From the sequence record NC_052655.1: a stretch of DNA of 64,000 nt. One strand, 5' to 3'. Shown here one piece after another: positions 19,451-28,127 of this stretch; the stretch's first letter is position 1; every line of letters starts with the position of its first letter. The DNA comes from Escherichia phage alia. The translations under genes were made by a program, and so were the position numbers. The notes under the pieces are model-generated. The model saw only the letters and a program-made list of their open reading frames with translations, was not told the DNA's origin and ran no database searches.

Positions 19451-20540
19451 GTTTAACAGTTTGAATCATACCATCTTCAAGAGATTGTACTTCTTGGATG
19501 TAATCAATACGAGCAGCACGGGCTTCAGTATTGATTCGGTTAGTTTCTTCTAACATTTTAACTAAGTTTTCTTGATCGCGACGTAATGTTTCAATATCCA
19601 ATACTTGACGATTAGCAAGTTGTGTAGCTTCAATTTGGTTTTGTGCAGCCAGATCACTACCCATTGCAATAGCAGCATTAAATTCGTTCAGTACATTGTT
19701 CTGTGTATCTGCTGCTTTCTTCTGGCGTAGACTTTCAATATACATAGAAAAGTTTGCAGAGTAAGCAGGGATAACATTATTCACAATATTACGGGCTGAT
19801 CGCATCAAACTTGCAGATACTTTCTGCATACTTTGTACACGTGGCCCCATCTGAACACACAGTAAACGCAAGGCTTTCAGGTCTGCAATACGAATTTCAA
19901 GCAGATCCATAGTATCACGAGTACGTTGACGCTCTTCTACTTCATTTTCAGGTAGTGTATTAAGGCGAACTTCTTCTTTTTCATAAGTAGCTGTTAGAAG
20001 CTCTATATCCCTGTTTAAGCTAAGAGCATATTTTGCAATAGCCTCTTCTAAACGTTGCAGATATCGTAAAGAATCTTCTTCTTTTTTCAAGTCTGTTTGG
20101 AGTGTCTTTACCAAACCTTCAATACGATTATTGATGGTGTCAAATTCTCCAAACAAATCTTCTTTCATACCTAAAACTTTCTTAAATAGTTTACCTAAAC
20201 CTTTAGATTGTTTAATAGAATTAGGATCAAGTTGCTTTGCTTGCTTAATAAGTGCGGTTAAACGTTCACTCATTTCATCTCCCTGGGATGAACGCTGGTG
20301 TTTAAGCACTTCGGCATTAAGGTTACGAAGAGTAAGTCCTGCATCAGCACCAACTTGTTCAATCTCTTCACGAGACATTGGAGGCAGCATTTGTACAGGT
20401 CGTGCAACAGCAGGGGCATATACAGGGCTTGCATCCATAGCACTTGGAGCAAACAAAGACTTACTTTTTTCTGTTGTTGCCGTGAATACACTCATTTCAG
20501 ACGGTTTGCTTTTTACGGCACTGATAAAAGGACTGGACAT
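19437..20540 (-). CDS. TelA-like protein (toxic anion resistance family), tentative
   Basis: 367-aa helical protein of TelA size sitting between the TerD/vWA and TerC genes; GGAGG RBS. Family call is by context and composition only. Confidence 0.45.
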   Translation of the reverse strand: MSSPFISAVKSKPSEMSVFTATTEKSKSLFAPSAMDASPVYAPAVARPVQMLPPMSREEIEQVGADAGLTLRNLNAEVLKHQRSSQGDEMSERLTALIKQAKQLDPNSIKQSKGLGKLFKKVLGMKEDLFGEFDTINNRIEGLVKTLQTDLKKEEDSLRYLQRLEEAIAKYALSLNRDIELLTATYEKEEVRLNTLPENEVEERQRTRDTMDLLEIRIADLKALRLLCVQMGPRVQSMQKVSASLMRSARNIVNNVIPAYSANFSMYIESLRQKKAADTQNNVLNEFNAAIAMGSDLAAQNQIEATQLANRQVLDIETLRRDQENLVKMLEETNRINTEARAARIDYIQEVQSLEDGMIQTVKRGLL

Positions 20541-20608
20541 TCAATTTCCTCCATATTCTTTAGTAGATGGTGATACCTCTGTACCACCATCATAACACAA
20601 ATTAAGTA

Positions 20609-21460
20609 TTAAACAAACATATCTAAATAATTTGTAGTAATAAATGCTCCATCTGCTTCCAGATTAACATAACCAGTAGCATTAGTGGTTAAGAAATCCA
20701 GATCGAAGGACTCTTTAACACCCCGTACCTCAACACGAGAGATATCGAATACAGGTAGTGTAACAGCCTCTTCGTGCAATACCGTACCTTTGTAGGTTGC
20801 CTTAATGATAAACTTGATATTACCCGTTCCAGCATCATACAAAACACTTTCAAACCCTTTGAGAGTATACTTATCACCAGAAGTGAAGTGCAAAGTTGCT
20901 TTGTTTACAGTACGTTTCTTACGAGGAGTTCCTTTCACACGTTTATGATCACTACGTTTTTTGTACTTAGGAATGAATACAAACGATACACTATCAAGAA
21001 AGGTATCAACATCAAGGATTTTAATATCCTCTGTTGCAGCAAATTTTGAAGTCGTTGCATCAAAATGCTTTTCCCTGCGATCATACATAAAGATATCAAA
21101 ACGATCTTCTAAATCAAACAAATTATGTATCTTAATTTCAGAATGCTTGCACATTGCAGCAACCTTAAACTCTTCAAAACGTGGGTGTTCTACCAGTTCT
21201 TCAAGTTTTACACCAAAGACAGTATATGGCTTCGAAGTTTTTTCTGGCGTTGGCATTACAGAAGCATAATCACCGATTGCGCTTTTAAAGCAAAATTGTT
21301 CTTGACCTGTATTTTTACCAACGAATTTACAATATTCGTCATCGTGCATACTTTCTTTGGTAGTACCAACAAACTCAAAACCATCTTTATTCTTCTCAAG
21401 AATTTCTTGATTAAAGATCCAACCTTCCAGGCGATACACTTTACCAACTTCTAGTTTCAT
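20609..21460 (-). CDS. hypothetical protein
   Basis: 283-aa ORF. Confidence 0.5.
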   Translation of the reverse strand: MKLEVGKVYRLEGWIFNQEILEKNKDGFEFVGTTKESMHDDEYCKFVGKNTGQEQFCFKSAIGDYASVMPTPEKTSKPYTVFGVKLEELVEHPRFEEFKVAAMCKHSEIKIHNLFDLEDRFDIFMYDRREKHFDATTSKFAATEDIKILDVDTFLDSVSFVFIPKYKKRSDHKRVKGTPRKKRTVNKATLHFTSGDKYTLKGFESVLYDAGTGNIKFIIKATYKGTVLHEEAVTLPVFDISRVEVRGVKESFDLDFLTTNATGYVNLEADGAFITTNYLDMFV

Positions 21461-21495
21461 CTGTTTCTCCTTCTTATTTAATCTGTATTAAATTA

Positions 21496-22086
21496 TTAAC
21501 GACGACGTGAGCTACTAAAACTACGTTTCGACGAAGAATAACTTTTCGAAGACTTACTATAAGAGCTAATAGGACTTGAGTAAGACTTACGAGCAGAGTA
21601 ATCACTATTCACTTTTGTTGTTGATGGGCGTGAATACGTTTGTACACTTTGCTGCTTAATTGTGTTTTGTTTAGTGGTTGTATATGTATTTACAGGTTTA
21701 TCATAAAAACTACGCTTTTGTGTTGTATATGATTTACTGTTAGTTGTAGGAGCAGCATTGTTATTAATAATGGTTGTGTTGCTACCACCATCTCTATAAC
21801 CACCACCGCCACTATTACCACTCAACATATGACCAAGAAGCATACCTGTAGCAAAGTCACCTACACCAGAAGAACCACTACCACCTCCTTGCACAACAAC
21901 TGTGGAAGGTTGTGCAGGTGCTGCTTGAACAACTTGAGGTGCAGGTTGATTTACATATTGTTCATCTACCATCTGATTTGGTGTTTGTTGGTAACGTTGA
22001 TTTTGTACATTTTCAGAATCATCACAACCTACCAGCAATGCACTACCTAAAACAACTGCAACAATAAAAGATTTAATGTTTTTCAT
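21496..22086 (-). CDS. putative lipoprotein, low-complexity Gly/Ser/Thr/Tyr-rich
   Basis: 'MKNIKSFIVAVVLGSALLVGC' is a signal peptide with lipobox LVGC; start moved to the internal Met with a GAGAGG RBS. Confidence 0.55.
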   Translation of the reverse strand: MKNIKSFIVAVVLGSALLVGCDDSENVQNQRYQQTPNQMVDEQYVNQPAPQVVQAAPAQPSTVVVQGGGSGSSGVGDFATGMLLGHMLSGNSGGGGYRDGGSNTTIINNNAAPTTNSKSYTTQKRSFYDKPVNTYTTTKQNTIKQQSVQTYSRPSTTKVNSDYSARKSYSSPISSYSKSSKSYSSSKRSFSSSRRR

Positions 22087-22279
22087 TTGTAACCCTCTCA
22101 TTTAAAGTCTCAACACAATTTTTAAAATCCCTAGAGAAACAATACATCTGTTCTCCGTTCCTGTTGATAGTAATTGTATGGTTATCAATATATGTTGTCA
22201 AGATAAAAATCAAACAAAATAACCCTAAAGCAAAACAAATATTTTCAAACAGAATCCAAAGAACACGTAAAACCACCAT
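22073..22279 (-). CDS. hypothetical small membrane protein
   Basis: 68-aa hydrophobic ORF. Confidence 0.35.
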   Translation of the reverse strand: MVVLRVLWILFENICFALGLFCLIFILTTYIDNHTITINRNGEQMYCFSRDFKNCVETLNERVTNEKH

Positions 22280-22289
22280 CAGATCACCT

Positions 22290-22310
22290 CAACAAAGCCC
22301 CCGAAGGGGC
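22290..22310 (-). terminator. intrinsic terminator hairpin (GCCCC-cgaa-GGGGC)
   Basis: GC hairpin 8 nt downstream of the TerC-like stop. Confidence 0.45.
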
Positions 22311-22318
22311 TTAATGAA

Positions 22319-23296
22319 TTAAGCAACAGTCTGGTCTTCTTTTTCAGGGAAGATTAAACTTGCAACAACACCCAACCCAAGAGTACCTAACACAATATAC
22401 ATACTGATCGTCGGATCAATGTGTGCTGGCAGGAAACTCATTTTTGCGTGCAGAGTTTCTGCAAACGGGTGATACATCAGTTTTACACCCACAAATACCA
22501 GGACTACGATAACTGCTTTCTCCAGATGAACCAAATACTTCAGTGCAACACTAAGAACAAAGAACAGAGCACGTAAACCTAAGATTGCACAGAGCATCGA
22601 AGAGAACACCAGCAGAGGTTCTTGTGTCACTGCAATTACTGCTGGAACAGAGTCTACTGCAAAGATTACGTCAACCATTTCCATTACAAACACACAAACC
22701 AGAGCCGGAGTTGCTACACGAACACCATTCTTGATTGTGAAGAACTTCTCACCATCCATCTGATCAGATACAGGGAACAGCTTACGAACAATGCGAGTAG
22801 CCCAGTGTTTAGAGTAATCAACTTCTGCATCATTATCTCCAGCGAATACCATTTTAGCCGCACAGAAAAGGATGACAGCACCGAAGAAGATATTAACATA
22901 CCAGCCCAAACTCAACAAGTAAGTGCCTACTGCTACAAACACACCTCGGAAGACAATCGCACCTGCAATACCCCAAAGTAGAATTTTGTGCTGCAAGTGT
23001 GTGCTTTTAATACCAAAACTTGCGAAGACTGCCACAAATACTACTAAGTTATCTACAGAAAGAGATTTCTCCAACACATACCCACTCAAGAACAAGCTCG
23101 CAAAATCAGCACCGTGTTGGAAGTATACAAAACCATAGTAGGCTAATGATACCCCAATCCAGAAAATTGACCAACCAACTGCCGATTTAAATGAAATCTC
23201 TTTGTTTTCTCTGTGTCCAAAGAAATCAATACAAATCGACAAGACTAAAATACCCACTAAAACAACCACATCAATAATTGGGAAACCCAGTTGCAT
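22319..23296 (-). CDS. TerC-family integral membrane protein
   Basis: Multi-pass hydrophobic protein with 'LSVDNLVVFVAVF' and 'DVIFAVDSVPAVIAVT', the two signature motifs of TerC; AGGAGA RBS. Confidence 0.8.
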   Translation of the reverse strand: MQLGFPIIDVVVLVGILVLSICIDFFGHRENKEISFKSAVGWSIFWIGVSLAYYGFVYFQHGADFASLFLSGYVLEKSLSVDNLVVFVAVFASFGIKSTHLQHKILLWGIAGAIVFRGVFVAVGTYLLSLGWYVNIFFGAVILFCAAKMVFAGDNDAEVDYSKHWATRIVRKLFPVSDQMDGEKFFTIKNGVRVATPALVCVFVMEMVDVIFAVDSVPAVIAVTQEPLLVFSSMLCAILGLRALFFVLSVALKYLVHLEKAVIVVLVFVGVKLMYHPFAETLHAKMSFLPAHIDPTISMYIVLGTLGLGVVASLIFPEKEDQTVA

Positions 23297-23373
23297 TCTT
23301 TTCTCCTCTTTAATGCGGAGGACAATCCTCCGCTCTATGTCGTATACTATAAACTGTTTTTAAAGAAAGTCAA

Positions 23374-23622
23374 CTAGTTCAGTTCTGTAATTTTAAGTTT
23401 ATCTTCTTTGTTAATGATAGGGAAAGCTACAGCATCACCTACATCATCAATAAAGCAAATAGCAAGACCACCTTCCACTTTGCTAACCTGACCATTAAAG
23501 GCGTGATACGGGGCAGGAACAATATCTCCATCTTCAAGGAGAATAGCCTCATAAACCTTACCAATAGTACAATCACGAGTGTTTTTAAATTTTTCAAGCA
23601 CTTCAACATTTACTTTACGCAT
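23374..23622 (-). CDS. hypothetical protein
   Basis: 82-aa ORF. Confidence 0.4.
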   Translation of the reverse strand: MRKVNVEVLEKFKNTRDCTIGKVYEAILLEDGDIVPAPYHAFNGQVSKVEGGLAICFIDDVGDAVAFPIINKEDKLKITELN

Positions 23623-23636
23623 ATAAAGATCCTCTC

Positions 23637-23843
23637 TTATTTGTTAGATTGAAAGATACCACGAAGTACCGCAAGAATGAACGTCACACAGACTACACTC
23701 CAAAACGTTACAGGAACATGATGCCAGTCTAAACCGATAATGTCAATCATATAGTTGTATGCTAAAAGCAGTAGCCAACTAGGGATTAACACAATCAAGA
23801 ACACAACAATAAAACAACCTAATACTGCTAAAACACCTGCCAT
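23637..23843 (-). CDS. hypothetical small membrane protein
   Basis: 68 aa, two hydrophobic helices. Confidence 0.4.
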   Translation of the reverse strand: MAGVLAVLGCFIVVFLIVLIPSWLLLLAYNYMIDIIGLDWHHVPVTFWSVVCVTFILAVLRGIFQSNK

Positions 23844-23852
23844 ACTTTCTCC

Positions 23853-24569
23853 TTATTTCAGTTTGTAAACAATTACATTTAAACCTTTGTTCACTAGAGT
23901 TTCTTCGATCATAAGTTTTACAATATTCCAAGAACCTCCAGCCAAACCACAACCAAGCATTGGTAAACCTACAATTTTACCGCCTGAAGATACAACATCG
24001 TCTCCCATACTATCTAACGCATTGTAGATAGCTTCATAATTCAGGTCACGCTTACCTTCCTCACGACGACTATAACCATATTGTCCATATAAATTATAAA
24101 TTGTCAAATTGTTTTCTGTATATTTGGTAAACGTACCTAATTTTTTATAATCACCACGTTTAGTGGCACAATCTGCTTTAAACGCACCAGGCCACTTGCT
24201 TTTAATTTTTGGTGCAATACCACTACCCATAGTGCAAAAACAGTTACAGCAGTGTGCTATAGCGTCTATATCGCCTCTCTCGGCTGCTGCTAAAAGATCA
24301 CCGTATACCTCAATGATACCTGCCGGATAACTTGTTACAATTTCATCTTCCCAATACATTTTCTCTACACCACCGATCAGTGCAAAGTTTTGTGTAATGC
24401 GATCATCAATATAGTTAAGACCTGAAACATACACAGCGTATTCATCCTGTGCTGTAATACCTTGCACACGAATTCTTAAGACACCATCTTTATCTGTTGC
24501 TACACGCCCAAAATCTTTTTCTGTAATATTGGTGATAGGATCTCCGAAAGTCATTACTTTATTAGACAT
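23853..24569 (-). CDS. macro-domain protein (putative ADP-ribose binding/processing)
   Basis: 'DAIAHCCNCFCTMGSGIAPKI' and 'GKIVGLPMLGCGLAGGSW' resemble macro-domain motifs; start set at 'MSNKVMTF', just past the upstream stop. Confidence 0.55.
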   Translation of the reverse strand: MSNKVMTFGDPITNITEKDFGRVATDKDGVLRIRVQGITAQDEYAVYVSGLNYIDDRITQNFALIGGVEKMYWEDEIVTSYPAGIIEVYGDLLAAAERGDIDAIAHCCNCFCTMGSGIAPKIKSKWPGAFKADCATKRGDYKKLGTFTKYTENNLTIYNLYGQYGYSRREEGKRDLNYEAIYNALDSMGDDVVSSGGKIVGLPMLGCGLAGGSWNIVKLMIEETLVNKGLNVIVYKLK

Positions 24570-25419
24570 AATAATCCCCTTTAACATTAGGTTTGTTGAT
24601 AATGTTGCTTTCAAAAAATTGACGTAGGAAATCAAAGTTCTCTTTGTATTTTTCAATGTTATTGTAACCTTCTGCAAGGCAACCAAAGAACAGTTGTTCT
24701 ACATAATACAAAGGAAGTTGTGAAAGTGCAATTTTAAAATCAACTTCGCTTTGACTCATTAGATACTTAATAGGACGAACCAAACATTTAGCATCAGCTT
24801 CTTGCTTAATCATTTTAATAAAAGCTGCCAGATTATTGATATAGTTGAAGTTAAGTGCAGCTTCGGTGTTGGCTTCTGTACCTTCATACTTTGCAAAGTA
24901 CAGGAAAAACGTATCGTTTTCAACACCTTCTTTGTCTAAAATTTCAATAAGTTTTTCTTCGTGTGTTCCTGTAATATTAACATCATCAATGAAAATCAGA
25001 GTTTTATTACCCCAGAAATCACGATTGATAGAGAAAGTGTCACCATCGATCAAAGCCTTACGATCTTCTTTGCTAAGAAATCCATAATCATTGATATAGC
25101 TCACTTTACGATGAACGATATCCCACTCCACTGCTTTACCCCCTTTGATAGAGATTAGGTAGTTGAGGTGATCTACAAAATGTTCAGATAACACTGTAGC
25201 TGCATTTTTCACATAGTTATATGGAGATGGAATAACAACAAAACTTTCATTTACCAGTCGTTCTTCATACTTAGAAAAGAAACTTTCAGCCAGAATGCGT
25301 CCCATTCTTTTTGCTGCCTGGTTACTACCAAACTTCAGTTTGGAATAATCTGCAATGTTAAATTTTGCTTCCTTCAGGTTAGTAAAAGTATTAGCAAAAT
25401 GTTGAATTTGATTACGCAT
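24562..25419 (-). CDS. type I phosphoribosyltransferase-like protein
   Basis: PRPP-binding-like motif 'TLIFIDDVNITGTH'. Confidence 0.6.
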   Translation of the reverse strand: MRNQIQHFANTFTNLKEAKFNIADYSKLKFGSNQAAKRMGRILAESFFSKYEERLVNESFVVIPSPYNYVKNAATVLSEHFVDHLNYLISIKGGKAVEWDIVHRKVSYINDYGFLSKEDRKALIDGDTFSINRDFWGNKTLIFIDDVNITGTHEEKLIEILDKEGVENDTFFLYFAKYEGTEANTEAALNFNYINNLAAFIKMIKQEADAKCLVRPIKYLMSQSEVDFKIALSQLPLYYVEQLFFGCLAEGYNNIEKYKENFDFLRQFFESNIINKPNVKGDYYV

Positions 25420-26068
25420 TAATAAGTTCCTCTTTTTTAAGTTTAGCCAACAAGTCTTCTGGATTAATAATATGACAGAACTTCATCCCTATGTCAACAG
25501 CTTTCCCATCATAGATCAAACTATCTCCAACGTGTAAAATCTCCTCTGGTGCGAGATCAAACGTTACCATTTCATCAAAAGAGAGTTTAAAAAACCTGGG
25601 ATCTGGTTTACACAAGCAAAACTCATCAGAAAAATGCATAAAATCGAATGGTAATTTTGTCAAGCCAGAATATACAGCTAAGAAACTACCAGGTACAAAA
25701 TTGGTATTGCTTTTAATACTCAAAGAATAGGTTGAACTTAGCTCTTCCAACTTCTTGCAAAGTTCAGGGTTTAATATTGGAGGATGTTTTATAAACATTG
25801 CTAAACAGTCTCTTTTTAACCCATCTACTTTATCAAGATCAATGTTCAAATGAGCAGAAAGTGTTTCCCAAGCATTTCTAGATGTTCCACAAATGCCTTT
25901 TTCTGCTTTTAAATCCAGGAGAGTTTTTACCTCTTTATATACGGTAGCTGCTTCTGCCTCAGAACAAGAGGCATACTCGGCAATAACCTTGTTGCGCTCT
26001 TCTGCATACAAAGGATTAGCAGTAATAAGAGTATTCCATACATCAAAAGAAATATGCTTAACAGTCAT
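25412..26068 (-). CDS. HAD-superfamily hydrolase
   Basis: 'FDVWNTLI' (motif I-like) and 'VGDSLIYDG' (motif IV-like); start moved to 'MTVKHISFD' with a GGAGG RBS. Confidence 0.5.
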   Translation of the reverse strand: MTVKHISFDVWNTLITANPLYAEERNKVIAEYASCSEAEAATVYKEVKTLLDLKAEKGICGTSRNAWETLSAHLNIDLDKVDGLKRDCLAMFIKHPPILNPELCKKLEELSSTYSLSIKSNTNFVPGSFLAVYSGLTKLPFDFMHFSDEFCLCKPDPRFFKLSFDEMVTFDLAPEEILHVGDSLIYDGKAVDIGMKFCHIINPEDLLAKLKKEELINA

Positions 26069-26237
26069 TTTTAATCCTCCGTCCAAAAGAATATCATCTG
26101 CTTAATTTTATTGATTTCTTGATGTAGTAACTTTCCAGCATGTGATTGATCTTTAATATTGACAGCAAGAATTTCAAGTTCCGTTAGTTTTTCTTGGATA
26201 GCTTTATATTCATCATCTGTAAGCATTTTCTTCCCCT

Positions 26238-26441
26238 TTAGAATGGTAATCTTTGTATGTCACTTATCCCCACACCCAGAAGTCTAGCAATATCCTTATC
26301 TAAAAGCAACTCTTTTTGTTCTAAAATGTTAATCAAATCTCCTAATACTTCTTTAATGTCACGATCATTTTTAGCAACGTGACCACCTGCGGTATCAACT
26401 TTATCTTTAAAAACAAAATAATGATCCATAATACCCTCCAT
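26238..26441 (-). CDS. hypothetical protein
   Basis: 67-aa ORF; no clear RBS. Confidence 0.3.
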   Translation of the reverse strand: MEGIMDHYFVFKDKVDTAGGHVAKNDRDIKEVLGDLINILEQKELLLDKDIARLLGVGISDIQRLPF

Positions 26442-26450
26442 ATAAATAAA

Positions 26451-26475
26451 GGAGGCTTTCGCCTCCTTTTATCAC
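26451..26475 (-). terminator. intrinsic terminator hairpin (GGAGGC-tttc-GCCTCC)
   Basis: Perfect 6-bp stem with flanking T-run, directly downstream of the ATPase stop. Confidence 0.5.
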
Positions 26476-27636
26476 TTAGTAAGAACGACCACCAAACACA
26501 TACTCTGTGTAGTTTTTACGTTCTTTGTTTTTAATAACAACTTCAATGTTGTTACCTTTATCATCGGTGAACATAAAGTGATAACCGTCACCACCCATTG
26601 TACGGATGTGTTTTTCATCATACGTCAGCAAGATACGGTCTACACCCCAGTAGTAGTCACCTTCTTCATCTTTATCTTCTACGGTAACAATCCCTTCCAT
26701 TTCAGGAAGATGCTCTTCACCTAGTTTATGGTCTACAGCTACAACATAACGATTACCGCTAAACAAACCTTGTGCTGTCATACCGTCAATATCGGTATCT
26801 GCCGAAACATCTCCTGTACGATCTACACCGTTAACTTTCAGAAGTTTAACCTCTTTTGCAGCATAGCGGTGTTCAGTAATACTGATACCCATTAATGCAA
26901 GTGCATCAGAGAATTTGTCATTAGGATAACGGTTAAGTTCTTCTACTAATGACTGAACAATATCAAAGTTCAAGTCCACGGACAGATTATAAAGCGTTTC
27001 AAAATCTGGTAAAAAGGCTTTGTTCTCCAGATTTTTAGCCAGATAATCATCCATAGTAGCTTTAGGTAGTTTCTTATAGCTAAAGCTGTAGAAAATACGG
27101 CTAGGGCGATTACGCAAAAATTCTGATACATAACCATCATTTTTAGTCAATACAAACAGCTTGTCATAGCCACCAACACCATCCAGCAGGGTAAGCAAAC
27201 CATCCTGTGCATCTTTTTCAGCATACAGTTTATCAAATTCATCGATCATAATCATCACAGGTTGTGTGATTTTAGACATAAAATTGATAAAGCCTTCACC
27301 ATTAAAAGCACTACCGATAGAAATAGTAGGAATACCCATTTCACGAAGAGCAGAAGACAGCATTTTAGCTTGCAAAGTTTTACCGCTACCCTTCGTACCC
27401 TCAAGGAGAACACCTGTGTTTTTACCTTTGCGGCTAAGGAACGTCTTGATAATACGTTCTGATTTATCATCAGTATCACCGTATGTTACTGAAGGGACTT
27501 CCATATCGTTTTTAGGATACAGGAAGAACTCACCACTTTGAGTAACACCTACACCAAAAGTTCCTGCTGGAATTTCTTCGATATCTGTACCAGACTTCTG
27601 ACGCAGGAAGATTTGATTGCCGAATACTGTAAACAT
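26476..27636 (-). CDS. P-loop NTPase (AAA-like), paralog A
   Basis: Walker A 'GTKGSGKT', Walker B 'MIMIDEFD'; about 50% identical by eye to the plus-strand ORF at 41617-42744. Confidence 0.7.
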   Translation of the reverse strand: MFTVFGNQIFLRQKSGTDIEEIPAGTFGVGVTQSGEFFLYPKNDMEVPSVTYGDTDDKSERIIKTFLSRKGKNTGVLLEGTKGSGKTLQAKMLSSALREMGIPTISIGSAFNGEGFINFMSKITQPVMIMIDEFDKLYAEKDAQDGLLTLLDGVGGYDKLFVLTKNDGYVSEFLRNRPSRIFYSFSYKKLPKATMDDYLAKNLENKAFLPDFETLYNLSVDLNFDIVQSLVEELNRYPNDKFSDALALMGISITEHRYAAKEVKLLKVNGVDRTGDVSADTDIDGMTAQGLFSGNRYVVAVDHKLGEEHLPEMEGIVTVEDKDEEGDYYWGVDRILLTYDEKHIRTMGGDGYHFMFTDDKGNNIEVVIKNKERKNYTEYVFGGRSY

Positions 27637-27656
27637 AGTTTTCTCCTCTATTTAAT

Positions 27657-28127
27657 TTAGTCAGATTCCCAAATGTTGTCTTTCTTAATCCACATTCGTT
27701 GATTATCTGAACCTCTATAACGTTTCGTTGTTGGTTGATTCATATCATACTTACCATCTATCACTATGTCAACCAGTTTTTTAATTTTTTCTGGAATTTC
27801 TTCAAAAAGATATCCTGTATATAAGACAATATCTTTTTTGTTTCCAAAACAATCTCTTACCTTCTCAAGAACATACTCTACAGTGTCAATGTTCTCTTTG
27901 TCAAGAGGTTCACCACCTAAAACTGTTAATCCTTTAATGAAAGGTCGAGATAAATCTTTCAAGATAAGATCTAATGTTTCAGTAGTGAACTCTTGTCCGT
28001 AGTTATACGACCAGGCTTTCTGGTTGAAGCAGCCACGGCAACCGTGGCTACAACCGCTCACCCACAAAGAGCATCTTACACCGTCACCGTTGAGCATGTC
28101 AACAGGTTCATATCCGGCATAATTCAA
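27657..28127 (-). CDS. nrdG: anaerobic ribonucleotide reductase activating protein (radical SAM)
   Basis: 'CSHGCRGC' radical-SAM CxxxCxxC cluster; 156 aa; immediately downstream of NrdD. Confidence 0.8.
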   Translation of the reverse strand: MNYAGYEPVDMLNGDGVRCSLWVSGCSHGCRGCFNQKAWSYNYGQEFTTETLDLILKDLSRPFIKGLTVLGGEPLDKENIDTVEYVLEKVRDCFGNKKDIVLYTGYLFEEIPEKIKKLVDIVIDGKYDMNQPTTKRYRGSDNQRMWIKKDNIWESD

